From NCBI GenBank assembly GCA_040389265.1, contig JAZKAG010000101.1, positions 1 to 39,215 on the forward strand: a DNA stretch of 39,215 nucleotides, written 5' to 3'. Under the pieces are notes generated by a model that was not told the origin of the DNA, searched no databases, and worked only from the letters and a program-made list of their open reading frames with translations. Positions within the stretch are counted from its first letter, which is position 1. The number at the start of each line of letters is the position of its first letter. Position numbers and translations under genes: made by a program. This DNA comes from Acidobacteriota bacterium. Lineage in GTDB: Bacteria; Acidobacteriota; Terriglobia; Terriglobales; Acidobacteriaceae. Below are positions 17,111 to 26,900 of the stretch, piece after piece.

Positions 17111-17216
17111 CGGATCCCGCACGGGTATGGGGAGTAGTCACCGCCTGAAGGCACGAGGCGCGAAGCTTTCCTTATGCCTCTGAGCAGAGCATGCCCTGTG
17201 ACGAAGGGGTCTGGGG

Positions 17217-18464
17217 CTATTCCGTCCAGCGACGGAAGATCAGCGCGCCGTTGGTGCCGCCGAAGCCGAAGGAGTTCGACAGGGCAATATCGATCTTGTG
17301 GGGAGCCGGCTTGTTGGGAGTGTAGTCCAACGTGCAGGCAGGATCGGGATCGACCATGTTCATGGTGGGCGGCAAGGTGCTGTGTTGCATCGCCATCACC
17401 GTGATGCCGGCTTCCAGGCCCCCGGCGCCCCCCAGCAGGTGACCGGTCATCGATTTGGTCGAACTGATCTTGAGCTTATGACTGGTGGCATGTTCGCCGA
17501 ACACATTGGCGATCGCCGTCGACTCCAGCGCGTCACCTAACTGCGTGGAAGTGGCGTGGGCATTCACGTAGTCAATTTCGTGCGGCTGGATACCTGCGCT
17601 TCGAATCGCATTCTGCATCGCGCGCGCGCAGCCTTCGCCTTCCGGCGCCATGCTGGACATATGGTAGGCATCGGCGCTCATTCCGTAGCCGATAATCTCC
17701 GCCAGAATCTTCGCGCCCCGCGCCTTGGCATATTCCAGGTCTTCGAGAATCAGGATTCCGGCTCCCTCGCCAATCACAAAGCCATCGCGGTCTTTGTCGA
17801 AGGGGCGGCAGGCGTGCTTGGGGTCGTTATTGCGCGTGGACAGGGCACGCATGGCAGCGAATCCACCCACTCCCATGGGAGTAATGGCCGCTTCCGATCC
17901 ACCCGCAAACATCACGTCAGCGTCCCCGCGCTCAATAATCCGATACGCATCTCCAATGGAATGGGCGCTGGTGGTGCAGGCCGTCGCGGTTGCCTCGTTC
18001 GGACCCTTGGCGCCGTAACGGATGCTGACCTGTCCGGCGGCCAGATTCACAATGGCTGCGGGAATAAAAAATGGTGAGATTTTGCGGGGTCCGCCAGCCA
18101 GCATGGCACTGTGTTCCCGCTCGATGATGTCGAATCCGCCGATACCGGAGCCGATATGCACGCCCACGCGTTCAGCATTTTCAGCCGTGATCTTTAATCC
18201 AGAGGATTCCACGGCCTCCTGAGCGGCGGCCAGCGCAAAGTGGATAAATCGGCCCATCTTGCGCGCTTCTTTTTTTTCGATGAAGAGGTGCGGATCAAAA
18301 TTCTTCACTTCCGCCGCGAACGTCACCGAGAAGCCTGTCGTATCAAAGGCTGTGATGGGCGCCATGCCGCTTTCGCCCGCCAACAGATGATTCCACACCT
18401 CGCTTGCGGTTTTACCCACTCCGCAAATGAGGCCGATGCCTGTGACTACGACACGCCGCTTCAA
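17217..18464 (-). CDS. fabF: Beta-ketoacyl-ACP synthase II
   Basis: N-terminus MKRRVVVTGIG (TTG start), active-site ACTTSAH, NAHATST and TGHLLGGAG. It starts 2 nt after the acpP stop. Confidence 0.95.
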   Translation of the reverse strand: MKRRVVVTGIGLICGVGKTASEVWNHLLAGESGMAPITAFDTTGFSVTFAAEVKNFDPHLFIEKKEARKMGRFIHFALAAAQEAVESSGLKITAENAERVGVHIGSGIGGFDIIEREHSAMLAGGPRKISPFFIPAAIVNLAAGQVSIRYGAKGPNEATATACTTSAHSIGDAYRIIERGDADVMFAGGSEAAITPMGVGGFAAMRALSTRNNDPKHACRPFDKDRDGFVIGEGAGILILEDLEYAKARGAKILAEIIGYGMSADAYHMSSMAPEGEGCARAMQNAIRSAGIQPHEIDYVNAHATSTQLGDALESTAIANVFGEHATSHKLKISSTKSMTGHLLGGAGGLEAGITVMAMQHSTLPPTMNMVDPDPACTLDYTPNKPAPHKIDIALSNSFGFGGTNGALIFRRWTE

Positions 18465-18466
18465 GA

Positions 18467-18709
18467 CTAATTGCCGCCTTTACCATTCTTTTTGATGTAG
18501 TCGATCGCCTGCTGCACCGAGGTGATCTTCTCGGCTTCTTCATCCGGGATTTCCAGATCGAATGCCTCTTCAAACTGCATCACCAGTTCGACCACATCCA
18601 ACGAGTCCGCCCCCAGGTCTTCCTGGAAGGATGCCGTTGGCGTTACTTCTGCTTCATCGACCTGCAACTGCTCCACAATAATCTGTTTCACTTTTTCTTC
18701 AACGGCCAT
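18467..18709 (-). CDS. acpP: Acyl carrier protein
   Basis: 80 aa with [14 protein letters not shown] (phosphopantetheine Ser). SD AGGAGA lies upstream. Confidence 0.95.
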   Translation of the reverse strand: MAVEEKVKQIIVEQLQVDEAEVTPTASFQEDLGADSLDVVELVMQFEEAFDLEIPDEEAEKITSVQQAIDYIKKNGKGGN

Positions 18710-18732
18710 GTCTTTCTCCTAAAACCTTTGTT

Positions 18733-18750
18733 TGAACGTCAAAACGTTTA
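18733..18750. promoter_or_regulatory. Imperfect palindrome TGAACGT-caaa-ACGTTTA, 24-41 nt upstream of the acpP start (candidate operator)
   Basis: The core AACGT/ACGTT inverted repeat is visible directly in the sequence. No cognate regulator was identified. Confidence 0.2.
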
Positions 18751-19022
18751 CTGCACTGCCAGGATCGAATCGGCACTATGCGTCCTTTGTGGAGACCGCA
18801 TGCGTTGGCAATCGCGCTTCGGGCACCTTATTCAGAGTACAGCCAAACCGCAATGACGGCACACGGTTCCCCTGCAAGCATTTATGCTCGAAATTCGAGT
18901 GTACTGAGGGCCTGTGTCAGTGTAAAGCCGCACGGGCGTTTTCGCACTTGTCGGTATCAAAATCGAGCAGAATTCCGCTCCGCACCGCGGCAAGGGTACA
19001 GTAGGGCAGAGGCAAATTTGGG

Positions 19023-20435
19023 ATGAATATCGCTCCAATCATGGGGATGGTCGGGCTCGCAGTTTTGGGCCTCTTGCTGGGCTGGTGGCTGGGAAATCGA
19101 TCCGGAGAGTCGGCAGTGGAGCGCCTGCGCGGCGAGCGAGAAACGTTGATGGCTGATCGCATCCGCTTTCAAGCCCACGCATCGCTGCTTGGACAGCAGG
19201 CAGATGTCCAGAAAGCAGAACTGGAGCAACTTCGCAGCCATTGCGCGGCGTTGGCAACTGAAATCGCACGAGCCCAGGAGCAATTGAAAGCAGGGCAAGC
19301 AGCTTTGGTCAATGAGCGTGAATTGTTGACGGCGATGGGCAAGCAGTTAAAGGACGAGTTCAAGCTCACAGCCAATGCAGTTTTGGAAGAAAGCAACACC
19401 CAATTTCTCGGACTGGCGAATCGGCAATTTGCCACGAAACAGGAAGCGATCGACGCGCTTCTCAATCCTGTCAAGGAAACTCTCGGTAAGTTGAACCAGC
19501 AGACGCAGCAGCTTGAGGTGAAGCGCGAAGGGGCGTATACAGAGGTGCTGACCGAGATTAAGAATATCCAGCGCACGCACGAGACCCTGCGCATGGAAAC
19601 TACGCAGTTGGTGCAGGCGCTGCGGGCTCCGAAAGCGCGCGGCAACTGGGGAGAGTTGCAATTGAAGCGCTGCATCGAATTTGCCGGCATGGTCGAGCGG
19701 TGCTCCTTCGACGTAGAAAAACACATGAAAGGCAACGATGTGGATCCGGCGCAGCGCCCGGACGTGGTGGTGCAGTTGCCCAATGGCCGAGCGATCATTA
19801 TCGACGCCAAAACGCCGCTCGATGCATATCTATCCGCGATGAGCGCGACCGATGATATCCAGCGAACGATCTTCCTGAAGGCGCACGCCACGCAGGTTCG
19901 GACGCATCTGACCCAGCTTGGCGGCAAACAATATTGGCAGCGTCTGCAAACTTCGCCTGATTTCGTCGTATGCTTTCTGCCCAGCGAAGTCCTATTCAGT
20001 GCCGCACTGGAGCAGGACCCCAGCCTGATTGAAGTGGGTAGCCAGATGAACGTGATTCTGGCGACGCCAACGACTTTGATCGCGTTGCTGAAAGCGGTCG
20101 CGTACGGGTGGCAGCAGATGGAAATTACCCGTAATGCGATCGCCATCTGCAAAGCGGGAGAAGACCTCTACAAAAAATTAGCCGGCACCCAAAGTTATTT
20201 CACGAAGCTGGGGAATGCGTTGAATAGCTCCGTAAAACAGTTCAACGATCTGGTCGGAGCGGTCGAAGGTCGTGGCAGCGTCTTTTCCCTGGCATCCAAA
20301 CTGCATGAACTGAAGATCGGCCAGGATGAGATTCCTGAGGTATTGCCGATCGAGAGTACCACCCGCGGATTGCAGTCAGACCATTGGGATGAGCCGCTGG
20401 CGCTGGCCGCCGCGGAAGAAAGACAGGAAGAATAA
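19023..20435 (+). CDS. rmuC: DNA recombination protein RmuC
   Basis: N-terminal TM helix, long coiled-coil region, then RGNWGELQL...PDVVVQLPNGRAIIIDAKTPL, the RmuC nuclease-like core. Confidence 0.9.
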   Translation: MNIAPIMGMVGLAVLGLLLGWWLGNRSGESAVERLRGERETLMADRIRFQAHASLLGQQADVQKAELEQLRSHCAALATEIARAQEQLKAGQAALVNERELLTAMGKQLKDEFKLTANAVLEESNTQFLGLANRQFATKQEAIDALLNPVKETLGKLNQQTQQLEVKREGAYTEVLTEIKNIQRTHETLRMETTQLVQALRAPKARGNWGELQLKRCIEFAGMVERCSFDVEKHMKGNDVDPAQRPDVVVQLPNGRAIIIDAKTPLDAYLSAMSATDDIQRTIFLKAHATQVRTHLTQLGGKQYWQRLQTSPDFVVCFLPSEVLFSAALEQDPSLIEVGSQMNVILATPTTLIALLKAVAYGWQQMEITRNAIAICKAGEDLYKKLAGTQSYFTKLGNALNSSVKQFNDLVGAVEGRGSVFSLASKLHELKIGQDEIPEVLPIESTTRGLQSDHWDEPLALAAAEERQEE

Positions 20436-21124
20436 TGCAAGCCAAGGAAGCACACCGGATTAATCGTGTTGGCTGGTTGCGCGCCGCTGTGCTGGGCGCA
20501 AATGACGGAATTCTTTCCACCGCCAGCCTGGTGCTGGGCGTGGCGACTTCCCATGCTTCGCACAGCAATGTTGTCGTCGCTGGCGTTGCCGGGCTGGTCG
20601 CAGGCGCCATGTCGATGGCGGCGGGAGAATATGTATCGGTGCATTCTCAGGCCGATACCGAGCGCGCTGAGCTTGATATGGAACGGACGGAGTTGAAGAC
20701 CGACAATAAGGGCGAGCATAAGGAACTGGCAGCGATTTATGTGGAGCGTGGTCTCGACCCAGCGCTGGCGAAGCAAGTTGCGCAGCAGTTGATGGCCCAC
20801 GACGCGCTGGAAGCTCACGCGCGCGATGAGTTGGGGATTACCACAACCAACAAGCCCCGCCCCATTCAGGCTGCACTTGCCTCGGCAGCCAGCTTTGGAA
20901 TCGGCGCAGCCCTGCCGCTTGGGGTTGCCGCCTTAACTCCTGGCTCCATGTTGCTGTACCTGGTGGCTGGCACTTCGCTTATATTCCTTGCCGGACTGGG
21001 GGCGCTGGCCGCTCGAGTTGGCGGCGCCAGAGTCTTGGCCGGCGCGCTTCGAGTCACGTTTTGGGGGGCACTTGCCATGGCCATCACCGCGGGTGTCGGC
21101 GCATTATTCGGAGCCGCTGCCTGA
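20435..21124 (+). CDS. VIT1/CCC1 family Fe/Mn transporter
   Basis: WLRAAVLGANDGILSTASLVLGV, MAAGEYVSV, a central acidic helical region and C-terminal TM helices. Its ATG shares one base with the rmuC TAA (TAATG). Confidence 0.88.
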   Translation: MQAKEAHRINRVGWLRAAVLGANDGILSTASLVLGVATSHASHSNVVVAGVAGLVAGAMSMAAGEYVSVHSQADTERAELDMERTELKTDNKGEHKELAAIYVERGLDPALAKQVAQQLMAHDALEAHARDELGITTTNKPRPIQAALASAASFGIGAALPLGVAALTPGSMLLYLVAGTSLIFLAGLGALAARVGGARVLAGALRVTFWGALAMAITAGVGALFGAAA

Positions 21125-21177
21125 GCGAGTCAAAACTCGAAGCCATTCCGTCGCATCCATCTGTTGAGAGGATTTTC

Positions 21178-22518
21178 ATGGACCATCCAGGCGAGGCATC
21201 CCCTAGAAGTACTGAAGGCAACTCCAAAAAACATCGCAGGTGCGGGACAGGAACACGAGCCCTCGCCGTGGTCGGCGCGGGGGCGCTGCTGGTCTACGGA
21301 GCCCGGGTGCTGATCAACCTGTTCGGCACTACACTGCCATATTCCATGAGCGAATGTCCCGGCGGTTCCAACGATACGGCGGAGTTCCTGGAGTTCCTCA
21401 GCCTGGTCACCGATGCACCCGTTCGTCACGCGCACATTGAGGTGCTGAAAAATGGTCCTGAGTTTTACCCGCAGGAGGTCGCCGCGATTCGCAGGGCTCG
21501 CCGCGCCATCGACATGGAGTTTTATGAGTTCAAGGAAGGCAAAGTTAGCCGCGTCTTTCTGGAGGCGCTCACGGAACGCGCGCAAGCCGGAGTCGAAGTT
21601 CGCGTCGTGCTGGACGCCATCGGCAGCTTGACCACCCGTCGGTCTTACTTTAAGGAATTGAGGGCGGCCGGCGGACAGATGTACTGGTATCATCCGCTGC
21701 GTTGGAACACCTGGCAGTTTGCCAACAACCGCAGCCATCGCAAGATGTTGCTGATCGATGGGGAAACCGCGTTTGTGGGCGGTGCTGGCGTGGCGGATCA
21801 CTGGATGACTGAGACTCGGCAAGGGCCCCCCTGGCGCGACTCCGTCTTTCATCTGCAGGGCGATGCGGTCGGCGGCCTCATCTCCACCTTTTCTGAAAAT
21901 TGGCTGGAGGCCTCCGGCAAGATCTTAAGCGGTCATCAACAATTTGAATTTCACGTCGGTCATCGCGGCGTTCCCTCGCTGGTTGTCTCCAGTACCCCCA
22001 GCGGAGGCGGTACGCATGCTCGCATCTTGTTTCAGGCGCTGATCCAAAGTGCGAAGAAAAGTATCGTCATTACTACTCCGTACTTCCTGCCCGACCGCAG
22101 TGCGCGCCGCGCGTTGGAGCAAGCCAGCCGGCGCGGTGTGAAGGTTCGCATCCTGGTTGCAGGCCCTCACATCGACCATCCCGCCGTTCGACGCGCGAGT
22201 CGCCATGATAGCCGCCATCTGCTGGAGGCCGGCGCGAAGATTTACGAATATCAGCCCTCGATGATTCACGCCAAAATCATGGTTGTCGACGATCGATGGT
22301 GTGTTTTCGGATCGACCAATTTCGACCATCGCTCCTTCGCCTTGAATGACGAGATCAACGTCGCAGCCATCGACCGGAAGTTGGCGGAAACCCTGCTCGA
22401 CCAGTTTGAGGATGACCTAACGCAGAGTAAATTGCTGACGCTGGAGATGCTGAAAAATCGCAAGCTCGTCAGCCGTGCCGAATTGCTCGCCGGAGCGTTA
22501 CTGGAGAGCGAAAGTTAG
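21178..22518 (+). CDS. cls: Cardiolipin synthase-like phospholipase D family protein (two HKD motifs)
   Basis: HKD-1 is HRKMLLIDGETAFVGGAGVADHW and HKD-2 is HAKIMVVDDRWCVFGSTNFDHRSF, with one N-terminal TM helix. ATG 21178 has GAGAGGA upstream; the track start at 21061 would overlap the VIT gene. Confidence 0.85.
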   Translation: MDHPGEASPRSTEGNSKKHRRCGTGTRALAVVGAGALLVYGARVLINLFGTTLPYSMSECPGGSNDTAEFLEFLSLVTDAPVRHAHIEVLKNGPEFYPQEVAAIRRARRAIDMEFYEFKEGKVSRVFLEALTERAQAGVEVRVVLDAIGSLTTRRSYFKELRAAGGQMYWYHPLRWNTWQFANNRSHRKMLLIDGETAFVGGAGVADHWMTETRQGPPWRDSVFHLQGDAVGGLISTFSENWLEASGKILSGHQQFEFHVGHRGVPSLVVSSTPSGGGTHARILFQALIQSAKKSIVITTPYFLPDRSARRALEQASRRGVKVRILVAGPHIDHPAVRRASRHDSRHLLEAGAKIYEYQPSMIHAKIMVVDDRWCVFGSTNFDHRSFALNDEINVAAIDRKLAETLLDQFEDDLTQSKLLTLEMLKNRKLVSRAELLAGALLESES

Positions 22519-22540
22519 GCGCGTCCCTCTTCGTCGCCGC

Positions 22541-23938
22541 TCACGAGATGGGTGGCGGAACAAACCCGAACTCGCGATCGACTGCTTCTGCGATCCCAAG
22601 CACGATTTCATCGTCAAATGGGCGGCCTGCGATTTGAACTCCAATCGGCAAGCCTTCCGCCGATTTGCCGACGGGAACCACCGCCGCCGGTGCACCTAAT
22701 GAGTTGAACCATTGGGTATACCGCATCGCATCCAGATAGTGGACCTGCTGTCCTTCAATCATCCAGGACCGTTCGCCATGACGAAACGCAGGCACGGCGC
22801 ACACGGGACAAAGCAAAATAGGAAATGACTGCATCTCCTGCAACATCTGGCCGCGTGCCTGGTCGAGTTCCGCCCATGCCCACAGCAATTCCTCTCCGCC
22901 CAGCGGCGGTTCGCGATGCGCGATGGCGAGAAACTCGAGCAACACCGGACTCAGGCGCTCGTGCCTGCCGTCGACGATGGATTCGACAAACATCGCTCCG
23001 CAGCGCACAAAAAATTTCCACCAGAGTTGCCGCATCGTCTCCAGCGCTTCAGGTCGAAACGGTCGTAACGAAAATCCTTGCTCCTGCAGTGCGCGAACCG
23101 CCGCCCGGACCGCGAATCGCGTCTCCTCTGTCACTGGCACAAGCCCATCATCTTCAAAATAGCCGATTGGAATTTGCTTCAACTCGCTGAGACTCAGCCG
23201 ACGCAGTGCGACCGGCGGGCTGAGCGGATCCGTCGGATCAGGCTCACTCAGCGTCTCAAATAACAAACGGACATCCTGCATGGTGCGAGCCATGGGACCG
23301 AGCGCGCCAAGCACGGAGAAAGGCCCAATGCACGGAGGTTCGTGGCCGCTTGTCGGAATGCGTCCCGGCGTCGGCTTCAAACTGCAAATCCCCGTGAAAT
23401 GAGCCGGCGTGCGCACTGATCCTCCACTGTCGCTGCCAACTCCTCCGGCCGACGTTCCCGATGCAATCGCCGCCGATTCTCCGCCGCTCGAGCCGCCGGA
23501 GCTGTACTCCGGATTCCAAGGGTTGCTCGTCTGACCGTGCAGGCGATTGTCGGTTTCATACGCCATCAGGTATTCCGGGCAATTGGTCGTGCCAAGAATA
23601 TTCGCGCCCGCCTGTCGCACACGGGAAACCACGACGGCATCTTTTTCCGCCCGGGTGCCACGCCGCAGCAGGCTCCCCACTTCGCAATGCAGTCCCGCGA
23701 CCGCAATGGAAGACTTGATGGTCATCGGCAACCCGTACAAAGGTCCACGCAGTCCCGACTTCTCCATCAATGCGCGAGCCTGGGTACGGATGCGCTCGGC
23801 ATCTTGATCATCAAAATTCACAATGGCGTTGAGTTGAGGATTCAGCCGGCGGATTGCCCCGAGATGCTCCTCCGCCAACTCCAGTGGAGAGATTTTATTA
23901 GCGCGAAGCAATGCGATCTGCTCCGTCGCGGACAGCAT
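22541..23938 (-). CDS. Amidase-signature family amidase
   Basis: GGSSGGESAAIASG signature and an N-terminus MLSATEQIALLRANKISPLELAEEH typical of the family. TTG 23953 is an alternative start that would overlap the upstream gene's TGA. Confidence 0.88.
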   Translation of the reverse strand: MLSATEQIALLRANKISPLELAEEHLGAIRRLNPQLNAIVNFDDQDAERIRTQARALMEKSGLRGPLYGLPMTIKSSIAVAGLHCEVGSLLRRGTRAEKDAVVVSRVRQAGANILGTTNCPEYLMAYETDNRLHGQTSNPWNPEYSSGGSSGGESAAIASGTSAGGVGSDSGGSVRTPAHFTGICSLKPTPGRIPTSGHEPPCIGPFSVLGALGPMARTMQDVRLLFETLSEPDPTDPLSPPVALRRLSLSELKQIPIGYFEDDGLVPVTEETRFAVRAAVRALQEQGFSLRPFRPEALETMRQLWWKFFVRCGAMFVESIVDGRHERLSPVLLEFLAIAHREPPLGGEELLWAWAELDQARGQMLQEMQSFPILLCPVCAVPAFRHGERSWMIEGQQVHYLDAMRYTQWFNSLGAPAAVVPVGKSAEGLPIGVQIAGRPFDDEIVLGIAEAVDREFGFVPPPIS

Positions 23939-23949
23939 TGTGACCTGGT

Positions 23950-26900
23950 TCAATTGGCGCCCTGCATACCTTGGTTGTTTACCGCGACAGAAGTCGAAGG
24001 CCTCGGATCGATCGGCGTCGCGTGACTCGGCACATAGTGGAATAGATATTCCTGCGGGCTATCTCCGGAGTTGAAACGATCATTCCACTGCAAGCGATAT
24101 TGCAATGCTGCAGGATCCATGGGATACGCGGTGGGTTTGGAATACGGATATGTCTTCATCCCATGGAACGGCATTTCGTTCACGGTGAAGGGAGAGGCCT
24201 CATAAAAGTCCATGTCCTTCACGTAGCCGTTCGCGTAGAAAAAGTAATCGCGCTTCCATCCCGCCGGTAAAGGCGGCAGCGCGGCCGCACTGAACTCTGC
24301 ATCAATATCTTCGCCACTTCCGAAAATTACGAAGTGGTTGTCAATGGATTTCAGCAGCGGGGTGACATTGCCGTAATGTGTATACGATCCGCGCTCGCGA
24401 GCGAAGGGTCCGGTGGCGCTGATGCGATCGTAGCGATAGGTCAAGTCCCCGGGACTTTGCCGTTCGATCTGTTCCGGATAGCCGCGAAATTCAAGCGTAG
24501 ACAGCGCCAGCGGCAGTTCTGTTCGATGGATTTCCGCAGCGCGATCCGTTCCGTTATCCACCAGGATCTGGTCCCAGTAAATCTGCAGATTGGTCACGAT
24601 GCGCAGCCGCCTCGTCCCAGCCGACAGCTTGCCCGTGAGATCGACAGTGATGGTTCGCGGCAACCCCGCCGGAAATCCCATGTCCGGCAGAATCGTTTTC
24701 CAACTTCCGTTTGACATCTGCGCCTGCAGCACCGGCGGCTCTGGCTTAAGGCCCGCCTGCCACGCCGCATACATTGACGACGCGCTGAAATATTCCACGT
24801 AGCCGTGCAGCAACAACCGCAGTGGATTCTGTGGCGTCCACGCGCCAATATCGAGCGTCAGCGTGTGGGGATTCGCAAACCCTGCATACGATAGGTCGGC
24901 AAAGTCGTGTACATAGCGATGATCGCGGGCGAGCAGCAGAGAACGCACGTCCTCACCATGATTGTTCCAGGCCGCGGCTACCGGTTTGGCAGCGCTGCTA
25001 ACAACTACTTTGTCCGCGGGGAATGGAGGAGCTTCTAGAAAACGCGCATTCGGATACACGTCCGTCCCATCAGGATGATCGATAGCCACGAGTCGCAACT
25101 GGTCGATGAAATTCACTTCTTCCATCGGCTCGCCAAAGCGCAGGCTAAGGTAGCCGTGGTGCGGCTTTAACTCATCTCCAGCGACCTTGATCCATTCTTC
25201 TGGATCGGGAATGTTCCTCGATGTCGGCGATATCCAGTGGCCTACGACGCCTGCACCGATCACATCTGTGATGAATTGATATTGTTTGCCGTTCCAGGCA
25301 AACAACACTGGGCAGGAACTGCCGCGGCGATCAATTTCACTCAGCGGCGTGTATGCATCGGCCGGAACTTTCAACTCATCCTGCAGCACTCCGGTGGGCC
25401 ACAGCATGCGCACAATATCCACGTGGGTTTGATTGCCGAGTCCCGCCAGAATCTCCGGCGAGCCTTGCCCCATGTATCCGGTGGCTCCCGCGACTTCCCA
25501 CTTCTGCCAAAGACTCCCAGAAAAGATTTCTACCTTGGTGCCGAGCGCCGACTTGTTGTCCGCCAATCCTTTGAACGACAGCCGCACCCAGTGATTTTTG
25601 TTGCCACCATCATTGCGCAGCAGCACCGGCGGTCCATCCAATTGCGTCACGACCAGGTCAGCATCGCCGTCGCCATCCATGTCGCCGGCAAGTATGGCGC
25701 GTGGATGATCGAGCTTCAGCTTCGCCAACCCCACATCCGCGGTCACGTCTTGAAATCCTCGCGGACCGCAGTTGCGAAGAATTCGCAGCTCAGCACCCTG
25801 TGCCGTGTCGATCAGCACAGCCAGATCGATCCAGCCGTCATTGTCGATATCGATGGCGGTCAGGCCCCAGCCGCGCGTTGCGTGCAGGTCCGGAAGCGAC
25901 ACCCGCTCGAACCGCTTGCCGTCGACATTGCGCCACAGCGTCACACCGGGCGTACCCGCATGCATAACCGCGACATCCATCCATCCGTCTTTATTAAAGT
26001 CGAAAACGTAGACCCCATTCGTCGGGGGCAGCTTTGCATCGCTATACAAGGAAGTCGCATGAAAGTTGCCCTCCCGCGGATTGGCATAGAAGGTCGGCGA
26101 AGGCTCTGAGCCAGTTACGACAAGATCGACCGCGCGGTCATTATTCAGGTCGGAAAGAGTCGCATTCCGGGTGGCGTCGTGGCCGCCCAGCCCGGTCGCG
26201 GCGGTCACGTTGGTAAAGGTTTGGTTGCCGTTATTCCGCCACAAGACGTTCGCATTGCCCGCCGCCAAGGGCTGGCCTGTGACAAATAGGTCCAGGTCGC
26301 CATCGTGGTCGTAGTCCACAAAGGTAAGGCCGGCAGGTTCGTTTTCCGGGGTAATTCCGACAGCTTTGGTGACCTCAGAGAATTTTCCATGCCCCAGGTT
26401 TCTGAAAAGTACGACGCGGTCGCGCAGCGAAAGCGCGATATCCGGAAGTCCATCGTTATCGAAGTCGCCCACCGTGCAGGCCCGCGCATCGCCGCTCACA
26501 TCCAGTCCCGTGTCGCTGGCCGGTACTTCCCGGAATCGATCGCCCAGGTTGCGATACGCATGCATCGCGTGTGCCCCAGCGCTCAGCGAAATCAGGTCGG
26601 CCTTTCCATCACCGAAAAGATCTACCATGCAGGCGCCGCCACCGGCTTGCTCGGCCTGGGTTGCACTCTTCAACGTGTTCGCTTCGCTGCCAATCGGCTG
26701 TCGCACGAAGCGGATCGGAATCATCGTACCCACCACTGGCTCTGCCACATGGATCGATTGCGCCATGGAGTAGCGGCCCATTTCTCCGTAGGAAATCGTC
26801 ATTGGAGAACCCAGCTTTTCGCTGGTGATGTGCTGAAATCGCTGGAATGCCTGCCTGGCTTTATCCGCCGCTCCCGTCTCCTGATACGCCCGCGCCAATC

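Noticed and set aside
17111-17216. Possible bidirectional terminator between the convergent YceI and fabF genes
   Set aside because: Only short or bulged stems are present (CCCG-ca-CGGG; AUGCCUCUG...AGAGCAU), with no U-tract on either strand.
18732-19004. 90-aa and 82-aa ORFs in the acpP-rmuC intergenic region, plus a search there for a tRNA, SRP-like or 6S-like RNA
   Set aside because: The ORFs have TTG or weak starts, no SD, and Cys/Arg-rich, non-protein-like composition. I found no cloverleaf, no conserved SRP or tmRNA motif, and no terminator-flanked hairpin that would support an sRNA.
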